Virus record (IMG/VR): IMGVR_UViG_3300035501_000704
Span: 64,001-123,151 of that record
Reading direction: 5' to 3' (one strand)
Origin: a virus
Taxonomy: Duplodnaviria > Heunggongvirae > Uroviricota > Caudoviricetes
DNA length: 59,151 nt
Shown here: positions 11,401-20,381 of the stretch, piece by piece
How positions within the stretch are numbered: position 1 is the first letter of the stretch
How the letters are laid out: each line of letters begins with the position of its first letter
Translations under genes and position numbers: made by a program
Notes under the pieces: generated by a model
Seen by the model: the letters and a program-made list of their open reading frames with translations, nothing else
What the model was told of the DNA's origin: nothing
Database searches by the model: none

Positions 11401-14134
11401 TTGAAGTAATTCCATTGTATTGTAATGTGCCGTTTCTCCCATACCTGAACATAACATAGCTTTTATCAGTATATTCTTTATATGGTCCAACTCCGCTCAA
11501 ATAATTATCTGAACAATAACTTCCTAATCTACCTTCAAAACAAGTTAAATATAATGGTGTAAATAAGTATTTTCGTCTATTTGTACCAGTTTCAATATAA
11601 TAGTCTGTAATATTATAATTCATTGATGCAAACATTGAACGATTCTCATCATTTATAATATCAAAACCATCAATAATACCATTGATAGGATATAACTCCC
11701 CATGCCTATAAAATGAATGGTCATTTTGAACATCCAATTCACATATTCTTGATAAATTTGCAAATGAATCAGGGAAGTAACATAAGAAATCTTGCGCTTC
11801 TTTAACCTTATAACCAAAAAACAATGAGCTTCTTAACAAAGATGCTCTACAATTCTTTTCATTTTCTTTAATACCAGAATTAGTCCATGAATCACAACAA
11901 TACTTATAGAATTTTTCCGCGTCCTTGCTCTTTTTATAATTATCCTCTTCTATTTTATCTACACTCGCAAATATATCAACATTATCGTTATCTGATTCTT
12001 TATGATACATCTGCTTCAATTGCTCGTGTGTAGAACACATATTCATCCCAGCCTCATTAAATGTGTCAGGAACGCCAATAGGAGGGAAAATACAAGTAGT
12101 AGAAGGCAACTTATCAGCTAAATTAGGTAAATTATCATATATGTTATCAATATTGCCAAGAAGAATAATATCTGTTGCGTACAATCTTTGAAATACTTCA
12201 CTTGATAAAGTTTTGCCACCACAGCTATAGTAAAATACATTAGAACCAAGACGATTCTTAGTCATTTTTACTATGCCTGTATTCAATTTGATGACAGAAT
12301 AATAAGTTGTGTTTACATTAGATGAACCTGATTCAGTTCCTTTTTCTTCATCTTTATCCCATTTATTTGATTCTATATCTTTAACACCAAAAATACCATT
12401 TTCATATTTTATGTTGTGCCTTCCTGAAATATAAACACTACCATCGCTATAGCTATCTTCACTTCCGAAAAATCTATATGTACCATCTGTGGTGCTATAT
12501 TTAATAAGAACTCTCGGAAAATATAAACAACCGTTTATCCAATCATTCTCAAAACAGAATTGCAATCCCTTACTCGGATAACTCTCTACCAATGAATCAT
12601 AAACAAGATTTTCATCAAACCATTCCTTTGTTTTTGAGTCGTTCTTATGCTCAGCTCCAGAATACATAGTATTATAAGGAAAAGCATTTGTAGAGCCACC
12701 TCTATCAATAGATGAAATACATGAAAACGGCATAGCATAGCCATAAGGATATCCCTTATAAGAATAAGAATATTCGTCCTTAGTTGTATGATAAGGACTT
12801 CTTAGTCCATATTGAAATCTCGGATAATATTCTTTTACACTATATATTTTCCCGTAATATAAATCCCTAAAGCAGCAATCAGGTGTTTCAGTTCCAAATT
12901 CGTAAAATTTATCCCAATCACTATCAGTAACATAGCTTGAATCAATCATTGGTTGACTAACACTACTACTATTATTTACACCTTTTAATTTAGGGTTATT
13001 AGGAACAAGCATCTTAACAGCATATTCTCCTGTTGATTCGTTATTTGCACTTGTAAGTGTAATTCTAAATCTAACTCTCGCTCTCGTAGGAATACCCTTA
13101 TTAGGATTATTGATAGCTATAATATTACCTTCTTCGTCCATTCCAATTCTATCCAAATTCATTGGAATCTGATAACACCACACACCATTTCCATCAATAA
13201 TACCTTGAACATTCTCTTTTAATGCTTCAACTCTACCATCAATAGTTTTTCTAATTATTTCAATATCTCCAGTACTTGTTGATAATGAATTAAATTTACC
13301 TGTGTTACCATTAGGGTTTCCATAAATACCAATATATGTACCGTCTGAGTCAGTGATACTACTTCCCATAAAAATACAAGAAGGCTCAAATGTATAATCC
13401 AAATTGATATCATTTCTTGTAATACCAATTACATTGTTTGTATCACTTGTATCATTATTACTTTCATCTCCCCAGAAAGGCCATACATATACAGATTTAT
13501 CTTGTGATAAAATATGTATTGCACTATTCAAATCATCATCTAAGAACTCTGTTGGTGATTTAAATAACGATGCACTATACCCTTTATTGATAAAGTCATA
13601 AGGTTTTTGGGAAATCATACCAATATCAGAAAGGTCACAATCATAATGTACTTGACAATTTCCAGTTGGGATTCCAAATAACATATAGTCGCCGCTCTGA
13701 TTTGTTACTGTTGTATATTTCCAATACTTATCAAATATCTCAACCTCTCCATCATTATCCAATACAAATCTCTTATTAGGAAACGTACCAATAGAATCAC
13801 TATCCTTGTTTTGAACAAGATTATATCTTACACCATCATTATCTATTGATTGTAATGTAGTAAAAGGATATATATTTGATAAAATATCATCATTATAATC
13901 GTCTTCAGTTATTGGAATAAAAACAGATACTTTCACATTAGGCACACCAAATGAATCATTAGCTAATACTCTACCAACAATTACACCATAATTAGAATTA
14001 TGTACATAATAACCATCTTCCGTATTGATATTCAATGATAATATGTTCAGCATGTGTACACCTTGTTTCAAGTTTACACTTACATATTTATCTTCATTGA
14101 TACCTGTTTTTATTCTATAACTCTTATTAGCCAT
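8486..14134 (-). CDS. Large baseplate wedge / tail-associated protein (1882 aa)
   Basis: Directly follows the gp6-like wedge gene, the position of gp7-like subunits. N-terminal beta-sandwich-like segment (VIVGRVLANDSFGVPNVKVSVFIP); S/N/D/Y-rich C-terminal half. Confidence 0.55.
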   Translation of the reverse strand: MANKSYRIKTGINEDKYVSVNLKQGVHMLNILSLNINTEDGYYVHNSNYGVIVGRVLANDSFGVPNVKVSVFIPITEDDYNDDILSNIYPFTTLQSIDNDGVRYNLVQNKDSDSIGTFPNKRFVLDNDGEVEIFDKYWKYTTVTNQSGDYMLFGIPTGNCQVHYDCDLSDIGMISQKPYDFINKGYSASLFKSPTEFLDDDLNSAIHILSQDKSVYVWPFWGDESNNDTSDTNNVIGITRNDINLDYTFEPSCIFMGSSITDSDGTYIGIYGNPNGNTGKFNSLSTSTGDIEIIRKTIDGRVEALKENVQGIIDGNGVWCYQIPMNLDRIGMDEEGNIIAINNPNKGIPTRARVRFRITLTSANNESTGEYAVKMLVPNNPKLKGVNNSSSVSQPMIDSSYVTDSDWDKFYEFGTETPDCCFRDLYYGKIYSVKEYYPRFQYGLRSPYHTTKDEYSYSYKGYPYGYAMPFSCISSIDRGGSTNAFPYNTMYSGAEHKNDSKTKEWFDENLVYDSLVESYPSKGLQFCFENDWINGCLYFPRVLIKYSTTDGTYRFFGSEDSYSDGSVYISGRHNIKYENGIFGVKDIESNKWDKDEEKGTESGSSNVNTTYYSVIKLNTGIVKMTKNRLGSNVFYYSCGGKTLSSEVFQRLYATDIILLGNIDNIYDNLPNLADKLPSTTCIFPPIGVPDTFNEAGMNMCSTHEQLKQMYHKESDNDNVDIFASVDKIEEDNYKKSKDAEKFYKYCCDSWTNSGIKENEKNCRASLLRSSLFFGYKVKEAQDFLCYFPDSFANLSRICELDVQNDHSFYRHGELYPINGIIDGFDIINDENRSMFASMNYNITDYYIETGTNRRKYLFTPLYLTCFEGRLGSYCSDNYLSGVGPYKEYTDKSYVMFRYGRNGTLQYNGITSTNIEGCNFSKYGGKLFLTENSLYFYFGLRAGMSAIDVYRTKYYSSNDENGESSTESDEGANIISYEILNSDSCYSEKDGVLYSICSFNISSILTTPITYSLSDYSGKVVATGKTDNDSYDFTVDNVPSGQITISVSGANNYTASRSFYISSDILSIDYSLVSGQYNGFTINKINGYSIKKCERIDSVGQNFSASVENDTYTIIFENARAEQASNDERTFYFQSFVDRVDVKILLGNCIKYYKTIYLIVSSESSGSLDEIRAINKMPLKYIANYPNSSANTEDINANSLVFPSEYGQFITYSGDNITVDVYNFSSVNKDQGIQYMSYMMQALFGYSDMNVSTFSNSDDCEPVIIFPSTLSFSGTTQMTADEAWNFQAKAENVQVLKLSSDKTSVDAENEIYLPHLVGSNYPTGYNKNSNVKTHKRGDNESGYIENESLKNVNGQSAAYNAVAFIKKSESGEDSPVDGVSPRKTGMSFQPNDVVNYYKIKTVDKRMDYEFCLLTPLLLPSGYDKYNITDGNLAINKGSYSIAIYGGIRFDYDSNGKQTSYAYDENTGKIYNSPTHLAVLYNWDINESYNKISVSGKNILEYGGVNEETLSVGSINRNPNVNGEGIDVVSYNISNALSGNDAFHVSLTDCSPVLMSFNDVVTPGNSLNFNISYKSGIKIKDKSDTISYDILYTYNESDNSYYGSFEGSSLEFNIANDELYSGKTYTDVYYKGSHYSSNESDTEYPYMFNIFANRERKNEISILRYGASGKTVGIYQEYSVYPRITNSNVNIDANEDSKYYVYNNNGDFVPDSPISGIGFALNSNSNKFGAYDYITIPTRKLYQEETYNQLKQGMVFNSGYIYYASKITTTLSHNCLYVQLTSPIVDNSKYNTDGTVTISSLTKDAYQIHQIGEIEKCWLPNDSRGDYMIIFRYSNCRFVISPVSDEKSIQDLLDEYGENEFPFYFKIKNGMQYKVNIELNRLKA

Positions 14135-14140
14135 CTTATA

Positions 14141-16177
14141 TTAAACCAATTTAACTCTTAATTGAATATCATAATTAGGATTCTTAATTTCATACATAGC
14201 AAGATTATCCCCTACTAAAACTGAATCCAAATTATCTAAATCAATCTTTTCACTTATTGCACCACCACCAATATTGTATGCTGTATTTGTTGTTGTATTA
14301 CAATTCGATGTATTTGTATCATCTACAGAAGGAAGTGGGCATTTATCTGAACTATAAGAACCACCACTTATCTTATATACACTCAACGCAATCAATCCAA
14401 CAACACCATCCAATGCTGATATTTCTTTATTTAAATCGCCTAAGAAAATATCCTCTCCCATATCATGATTATTCACATCCATATAATCTTGAACAGTACT
14501 TACAACACTTGATTGTACATCGGCAGAATTATAAGACTTGTCAATGAATAAGTCAATCAAGAATCCAACATTATAAATCTTCCCAGACTTAATTTCAATA
14601 TAATCACAAAGATTCTTATAATGAGATAAGTAAGATTCAATATTCTCAACAAGTGTATTAGGAATACTATTTCTCAATGTTCCATCAGGCCCTAATTCTA
14701 ATAAACTAAGAACAATCTTATTGTTTTCTTCCATTGCAGAACATCTAAATGGAGCACCATATTTAGGAGGCATTTGCATCAACCTTAATTGATAGTCCTT
14801 TACAGTAACACATCTATCCTGAGCACCTGTATTATACTTGATGTAATACTTTATTTCATTTGTAGAAGGTGCATCTTTACCTGTTAATCCATCACTTGTA
14901 TTGATAACACTCATAGAACGTAAAATCTGTGATTGAATCGTTGATGTAAAACCACTATCAGTAGCTTTTGGAAAATCAACTTGCATGGTTTGAATAGTCT
15001 TGATTGCGCCCTTCGTTACATTAGTTTCAATACCACCACCAACGTTATAAAGAACATACATAGTCCAACCAATCTTAGGTAATACACCCAACATATCATT
15101 ATTGATGATATTAGCCATTCTATATTGGCTATAATTAGTAATACCTTTTTCAAATTCTTGATAATCTACACCAGGACCAAATATAATCTTCATATATCCA
15201 TTATCAGTGTATTCTGTAATAAATTTCTGTCTCAATGGCTTCCATTGCCCCTTGTATATTCGTGTAATTCTTTGACTTGATGTCCCACCACTCTCTGTAT
15301 AATCAACATATGCTTCAGGATTGAATTTATCCTCAATAATTTCATTATCCATATTAGACATATATGTTCCCCATCTCCATTGGTCTACAAATGAATCAGT
15401 TTCAAAAAATCTATAGGTTGTAATAGCACTATCCTTGAATTGATATTCCTCTTCATCAACATAATATTCTGATATTTCAGGAGAAACGTTGATATTTGAT
15501 GAAGCTTTAAAAATAATAGATTCAATATTCATTACATCCTTATCAGGAAGCAATATTTCCATGAATGGCTCAACGTCATTACTTGAAAGTATCTTTTTAT
15601 ATACTTTTCTCGTTCCAGCTGTTGCTAAAACTGTTTTTGTGACTGTATATCCTGTAATATCACCATTACTATTTCTCTTTGGACTATAAGAACGATTAGA
15701 ATAAGCATATTTATTGAATTGTTGAGAAAAATCCACGTTTTCATCAATGGTATATGATAAACTACCAGCAGCAACAACACAATTCCTTTGAATTAAAGGA
15801 GCATAATTCCAATTTGGTTGAGAAATATCTGTATTTCCATCACTTGTCGTATATCCAGCAGGTAATAAACAAGAAAATTTAACCTCAACAGTTCCTGCCT
15901 TTGGGCCAGGTATCTTCAACCCATTCAACCTTGCCATATTTAGCAATGAAGAACGTGAATTTGCTGAATCTAACTGAGTATCTTGAAATGTTCTATCAAT
16001 ATGATAGTTCAATGAATCTACACAATCACTAAGCAAATCAATAATCCAAGAACTAATACTTGAATCATTACCAAAGTTATCAGATAATTGAGGATAATTC
16101 TCTTGACTATAGTTAATCAGCTCTTCTTTAATGCTGTCAAAGTCTCTATTTAAGTAATTGATATGTTTTGATGCCAT
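14141..16177 (-). CDS. Baseplate wedge protein (T4 gp6 / baseplate J-like)
   Basis: N-terminal YLNRDFDSIKEELINY..., ANSRSSLLNMARLNG and AQDRCVTVKDY match gp6-like wedge motifs; follows the gp25-like gene. Confidence 0.85.
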   Translation of the reverse strand: MASKHINYLNRDFDSIKEELINYSQENYPQLSDNFGNDSSISSWIIDLLSDCVDSLNYHIDRTFQDTQLDSANSRSSLLNMARLNGLKIPGPKAGTVEVKFSCLLPAGYTTSDGNTDISQPNWNYAPLIQRNCVVAAGSLSYTIDENVDFSQQFNKYAYSNRSYSPKRNSNGDITGYTVTKTVLATAGTRKVYKKILSSNDVEPFMEILLPDKDVMNIESIIFKASSNINVSPEISEYYVDEEEYQFKDSAITTYRFFETDSFVDQWRWGTYMSNMDNEIIEDKFNPEAYVDYTESGGTSSQRITRIYKGQWKPLRQKFITEYTDNGYMKIIFGPGVDYQEFEKGITNYSQYRMANIINNDMLGVLPKIGWTMYVLYNVGGGIETNVTKGAIKTIQTMQVDFPKATDSGFTSTIQSQILRSMSVINTSDGLTGKDAPSTNEIKYYIKYNTGAQDRCVTVKDYQLRLMQMPPKYGAPFRCSAMEENNKIVLSLLELGPDGTLRNSIPNTLVENIESYLSHYKNLCDYIEIKSGKIYNVGFLIDLFIDKSYNSADVQSSVVSTVQDYMDVNNHDMGEDIFLGDLNKEISALDGVVGLIALSVYKISGGSYSSDKCPLPSVDDTNTSNCNTTTNTAYNIGGGAISEKIDLDNLDSVLVGDNLAMYEIKNPNYDIQLRVKLV

Positions 16178-16195
16178 TTCTTACTATTATTTAAT

Positions 16196-16582
16196 TTAAA
16201 GTTCAACAGCAATGCTGTTTTTATAGGTATTATTTCCTTCTTTTACTGAATAGTCAATTCTAACATAGATTTCTCTACCATCTTCTTGTGCCATTACTTG
16301 AATATCATTCAATGTAACACCTTCTATCCATACAGAAACAACATTTTGAATTTCTTTCTTGACTCCATCCCAAACAGTTGTATCATTAGGCTCAAATATA
16401 TACTGAATTAAATCTGTACCATATTCAGGCATTCTCAATCTTTGACCTTTAGGAGTAAATAACAAGTGTAATAACTCACTTGCAACTCTATCTTTTTGAT
16501 TCCTATTTAGGTCAAATTCATAATTTTCAAAACTACTATTTGTAAATGGATATTTAATCCCAAAATATTGTTTTCTTGCCAT
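16196..16582 (-). CDS. Baseplate gp25-like sheath-initiator protein
   Basis: 128 aa; LLFTPKGQRLRMPEYGTDLIQYIFEP matches the gp25/GPW signature (T.kGER...P.fG..l...lFEP). Confidence 0.9.
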   Translation of the reverse strand: MARKQYFGIKYPFTNSSFENYEFDLNRNQKDRVASELLHLLFTPKGQRLRMPEYGTDLIQYIFEPNDTTVWDGVKKEIQNVVSVWIEGVTLNDIQVMAQEDGREIYVRIDYSVKEGNNTYKNSIAVEL

Positions 16583-16657
16583 TTATAAGCTATCTATTAT
16601 TACCTATAATTATATTAAAATATAGTTTTTCAACGCCAATAATACAAATAAAAAAAA

Positions 16658-16685
16658 TGAGCCAGCGTTTCACAACGATGACTCA
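16658..16685 (-). terminator. Rho-independent terminator, UGUGAA loop (copy 1)
   Basis: Plus strand A7-TGAG-C-CA-G-CGT-TTCACA-ACG-A-TG-A-CTCA: hairpin plus U-tract on the minus transcript, downstream of 16750..17331. Confidence 0.75.
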
Positions 16686-16749
16686 CAATCATATGAAAAT
16701 ATTTTTTAATTTTTTTTTAAGCCCTTCGTATTAAAGGGAGCACTGATAT

Positions 16750-17331
16750 TTACTTAAACTTCATTTTACTAAGATGATTCTCGATGTAATCAGCCTTAGC
16801 TTCAATAATCTTATCAACGGTCAACTGGTTAAACTCACCACCGAAAGTTGACATCATAGATACATAAGGCTTCTTCTTGCAACGAGCCTTTGCGTACTTA
16901 TATCCAATCTTCTCATCATATTCATCAGAACCATTATAGATTGAGAATCCGATATTCAACACCTTACCTTTCTTAGTGATAGGCATCTTAACGGATTCAG
17001 GTGAATCCTCATATTCAGTATCAATAAGGAACTCTTCAGGAACACTCACTTCAGCATCATACTGAATCTTGAATGTTGTTGCAACAAATGTAAGAACCTT
17101 ACCATCACTCAACTTAACAACCTTAGTGTAACACTGTTCTTTCTTAGGCTTATGAATCTTAGAAATCTGATTCTTAGTCATAATCTTCCAATTATCCATG
17201 CCTTCTCCGAAAGATACCATATATTTTATGGTAGTATTCTTTCCATCATGCACAGTCTCTCGTGCCTTAATAACACCAATCTTTCCACCATCTACTGAGA
17301 CAACTCTCTCATTAACCTTGAATTTACTCAT
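16750..17331 (-). CDS. Hypothetical protein (193 aa) with possible N-terminal SH3/KOW-like domain
   Basis: FKVNERVVSVDGGKIGVI resembles KOW/SH3 beta-strands; has its own host-type promoter. Confidence 0.6.
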   Translation of the reverse strand: MSKFKVNERVVSVDGGKIGVIKARETVHDGKNTTIKYMVSFGEGMDNWKIMTKNQISKIHKPKKEQCYTKVVKLSDGKVLTFVATTFKIQYDAEVSVPEEFLIDTEYEDSPESVKMPITKKGKVLNIGFSIYNGSDEYDEKIGYKYAKARCKKKPYVSMMSTFGGEFNQLTVDKIIEAKADYIENHLSKMKFK

Positions 17332-17373
17332 TGTAACATTAAATTTAAAAGTTAAACTTCAAAATAACTGCTG

Positions 17374-17405
17374 CAAATATACCACTATATTTTTTTAAAA
17401 ACAAG
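17374..17405 (-). promoter_or_regulatory. Bacteroidota sigma-A-type promoter
   Basis: Minus strand CTTG (17402-17405), 20 nt spacer, TATATTTG (17374-17381), then CA. Confidence 0.75.
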
Positions 17406-17458
17406 AGAATTTCGAAAAATATTTTCATATTATCTAATTTTCTCTTGCTATTATCTGT

Positions 17459-17959
17459 TTAATTGTTCAAATCACTCACTTTAAAGGTTGCAATATCACA
17501 TTTTTCCCAAATGGTTTGATTTACTGACCCTCTAAACTTCAATGATATATCTCTCAGATTATTATCATATAAACCATCTACAATATAATCTACAAAATAT
17601 AGTATCGGTCTCATAGAAGGCTTTTCTTTAATTTCTTCCAATTGATATCCAGTATAAAGCCAAATATCCTTATCAGGAAAGAATGTCTTGACCTTTGAGC
17701 AGAATTTCATTACATCATTTCGATTATACGGAGCCAATGGGTCTCCACCTGATACAGTAAGTCCTTTCATGTAAGGAAGCTTCAATATTTCATATATCTT
17801 TTCTTCATCTTCCTCTGTAAATTTTCTTCCAGTTTCATTATCCCACAGCTCTTCATTGTGGCAAAATGGGCAATGGTGAGGGCACCCTGTTACCCATAAT
17901 GTAACACGACACCCTAAACCATTGTTCATATCTGGATATGTTATGCTCTTGATATTCAT
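17459..17959 (-). CDS. nrdG: Anaerobic ribonucleotide reductase activating enzyme (radical SAM)
   Basis: GCPHHCPFCHN (CxxxCxxC), GLTVSGGDPL, DYIVDGLY, FRGSVNQ; adjacent to nrdD. Confidence 0.96.
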   Translation of the reverse strand: MNIKSITYPDMNNGLGCRVTLWVTGCPHHCPFCHNEELWDNETGRKFTEEDEEKIYEILKLPYMKGLTVSGGDPLAPYNRNDVMKFCSKVKTFFPDKDIWLYTGYQLEEIKEKPSMRPILYFVDYIVDGLYDNNLRDISLKFRGSVNQTIWEKCDIATFKVSDLNN

Positions 17960-17963
17960 AGCA

Positions 17964-20255
17964 TCATAATTCCTTAATGTGTTTCACTCTATCTTCTGTT
18001 TCATCTACCTTACCAGCGTTAAATGCTGTCTTGTAGTCACCTGTTAAATAACCTGTTACTCGTCTCAAATGTTGAATATTATGACCTCCACATTCAGGAC
18101 ATGTGTCATTCATCTCATCACTATATCCACAATCCATACAATTATCAATTGGGATGTTGATTGCGAAATAAGGAATATCCTTATCCATTGCATAATTAAC
18201 TACGGTTTCAAGTGCATCAAGATTATTCTTAACACTGCTATCCAATTCAACATAAGTGATACAGCCAGCAGAACTAAATCCTGTTAATTCTGATTCAATA
18301 TCAATCTTCTCGAATGGAGTAATCTTATGCCAAACAGGAACATGCATTGAATTGGTAAAATACTCTCTATCTGAAACATTCTTGATAATACCATACTTAT
18401 TCTTAAATCGTTTCAATGCTGTGTGACAAAGGCTTTCAGCAGGTGTATTATAAACACCAAAATTCAATTTATATTTCTCCTTATATTGCTTACACTTCTT
18501 CTGGAATAAAGTATATATTTCCTTTGCAAATTCCATACCATTATCAGTTGTATGGTCTGTATGAAGAATTATCTGTAAACATTCTGCCAAACCAAGATTT
18601 CCAACAGCGAGTGTTCCGTGCTTTAATGCAGAAATAACACCTTCTTTTGGATTATAACCAGCCATTGTATTGTTTTCCCACATAAACTTTGCAGATGATG
18701 GTCTCTGTGCTGCAATCCAATTGAATCTCTCAATAAGCATATCCTTTGCTTCACCAATCTTCTTTGTAAGAAGTTTGATAAAGTTAGCCTTATGTTCTGC
18801 CTCAAAATTCTCATCACCCTCTGAGAGCGATTTTAAGGTGGTTTCCTTGGCTTCCATTGCTAATGTTGGTAAGATTATCGTCACAGGGCAAATATTGCCT
18901 CTACCGTCCTTTAATTGGCCAAATCCGTTAATATCCCAACCATTTGCAGTACGGCACCCCATTGTACTAAAGTACGTTCTTGGGTCATTTACATCATAAC
19001 CAGCATTTCCACTCCAATCCACATTTGCATAATTTGGATAAATTCTCTTTGCAGTTGACTGCAATGCCAAACGATACAAATCATAGTTTGGTGTACCTTC
19101 TCTATCATTAACACCCTTCATATATTGGAATATGCTACAAGGGAAGATAGCCGTTCTATGATACCTACCTGTTCCATTGATAGAACCTTCAAGAAGAGCC
19201 TTAATAACAATTCTACCTTCAGGAAGTGTGCATGTACCAAAATTGATTGAACTAAAAGGAAGTTGATTACCACTTCTTGATTGCAATGTATTTAAGTTAT
19301 GGAACATTCCTTCAACAGCTTGATTCAACTCTGAAATAGTCATATACATTGCATAGTCCCAAGCTTCAGGATGTTCATTCTTAAATTCTACATCATCAAA
19401 CTTAATAACACCATCTTCCTTATTCTCTTTGCACCAATTTCTAAATCCATGATTCTTATATTCCTCCTTACTTTCAATATAAACCAACCCTACTTCAAGG
19501 TGTTTTGTGAATGATTTTCTAACGTAAGGAACCATGGTCCAATCCAAATGATTACAAGCAACCCCACCGAATTGTTGAAGTGATTGAACCTGGAAAATAA
19601 CAGCAACCAACTGAAAAGCTGTATTGACACTATTTGCAGGTCTTACGTCTGTCTGACGTACCTTAAATCCATTCTTCAACAAATTATCAATAGGAACAGT
19701 CAAACAATTATGTTGACCACTTGAATAACTATCCAGGTCATGAATATAGATTTCATTGTTCAAATGATTTAGACGTGATTTCTTTGACATACAATTCATC
19801 AAAGCATCATCCTTTGTCAAAACTCTACCAGCTTCTCCAATGCGTCCGCCAAAACTATATTCATCAACATTTGCATTTTGATTGACCACATCGAGAGCCA
19901 TCAACTTCATTTTGAACTCTCTAAAAACCTTTGTTTCATCATTCTTGCGTATCTTGTGAACATACGCCCAAATAACATAGGCTTCAGCGACCTTTGGGTC
20001 ATTTGCCATCAAACATTCCTTAACATCATCTTGAATGTCTTCAACATCAATCACAGCGTCATCAAGAATATCATCATATCTTGATTCCATACAAGCAATT
20101 GTGCTCTTGTAATTTTCATCCAATTCAGCAAGACGTTCAGAATCATTCTCAGGGTCAAGATTTTTTCTGACCGAATCAAAAGCCTTTCCAATAGCTTTCT
20201 TAATCTTTTCGAATTGAAAAGCTTGTTCTTTTTTATTTCGCTTTAGTACGAACAT
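17964..20255 (-). CDS. nrdD: Class III anaerobic ribonucleoside-triphosphate reductase
   Basis: N-terminal ATP cone (VLKRNKKEQAFQFEKIKKAI), MGCRT, TPAES, Zn site CMDC...CPEC, glycyl-radical loop LRRVTGYL. Confidence 0.97.
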   Translation of the reverse strand: MFVLKRNKKEQAFQFEKIKKAIGKAFDSVRKNLDPENDSERLAELDENYKSTIACMESRYDDILDDAVIDVEDIQDDVKECLMANDPKVAEAYVIWAYVHKIRKNDETKVFREFKMKLMALDVVNQNANVDEYSFGGRIGEAGRVLTKDDALMNCMSKKSRLNHLNNEIYIHDLDSYSSGQHNCLTVPIDNLLKNGFKVRQTDVRPANSVNTAFQLVAVIFQVQSLQQFGGVACNHLDWTMVPYVRKSFTKHLEVGLVYIESKEEYKNHGFRNWCKENKEDGVIKFDDVEFKNEHPEAWDYAMYMTISELNQAVEGMFHNLNTLQSRSGNQLPFSSINFGTCTLPEGRIVIKALLEGSINGTGRYHRTAIFPCSIFQYMKGVNDREGTPNYDLYRLALQSTAKRIYPNYANVDWSGNAGYDVNDPRTYFSTMGCRTANGWDINGFGQLKDGRGNICPVTIILPTLAMEAKETTLKSLSEGDENFEAEHKANFIKLLTKKIGEAKDMLIERFNWIAAQRPSSAKFMWENNTMAGYNPKEGVISALKHGTLAVGNLGLAECLQIILHTDHTTDNGMEFAKEIYTLFQKKCKQYKEKYKLNFGVYNTPAESLCHTALKRFKNKYGIIKNVSDREYFTNSMHVPVWHKITPFEKIDIESELTGFSSAGCITYVELDSSVKNNLDALETVVNYAMDKDIPYFAINIPIDNCMDCGYSDEMNDTCPECGGHNIQHLRRVTGYLTGDYKTAFNAGKVDETEDRVKHIKEL

Positions 20256-20291
20256 AAATTATTATTATTTTTTAAATCATTTATAAACTAC

Positions 20292-20319
20292 TTACCATCT
20301 CATTTTTCAGAGGTGGTAA
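20292..20319 (-). promoter_or_regulatory. Hairpin between dnaB and nrdD
   Basis: TTACCATCTC-ATTTTTCA-GAGGTGGTAA, 10-bp stem with one mismatch; no clear U-tract. Confidence 0.5.
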
Positions 20320-20381
20320 ATTATATATAGTTAAACATTTCAAAAAATCACATGTAATTCTAACTTGAATGAAAATAATTT

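Noticed and set aside
16196-16582. Lysozyme activity for the gp25-like protein
   Set aside because: The 'lysozyme' label in this family is a legacy annotation; no catalytic motif is seen and the role is sheath initiation.
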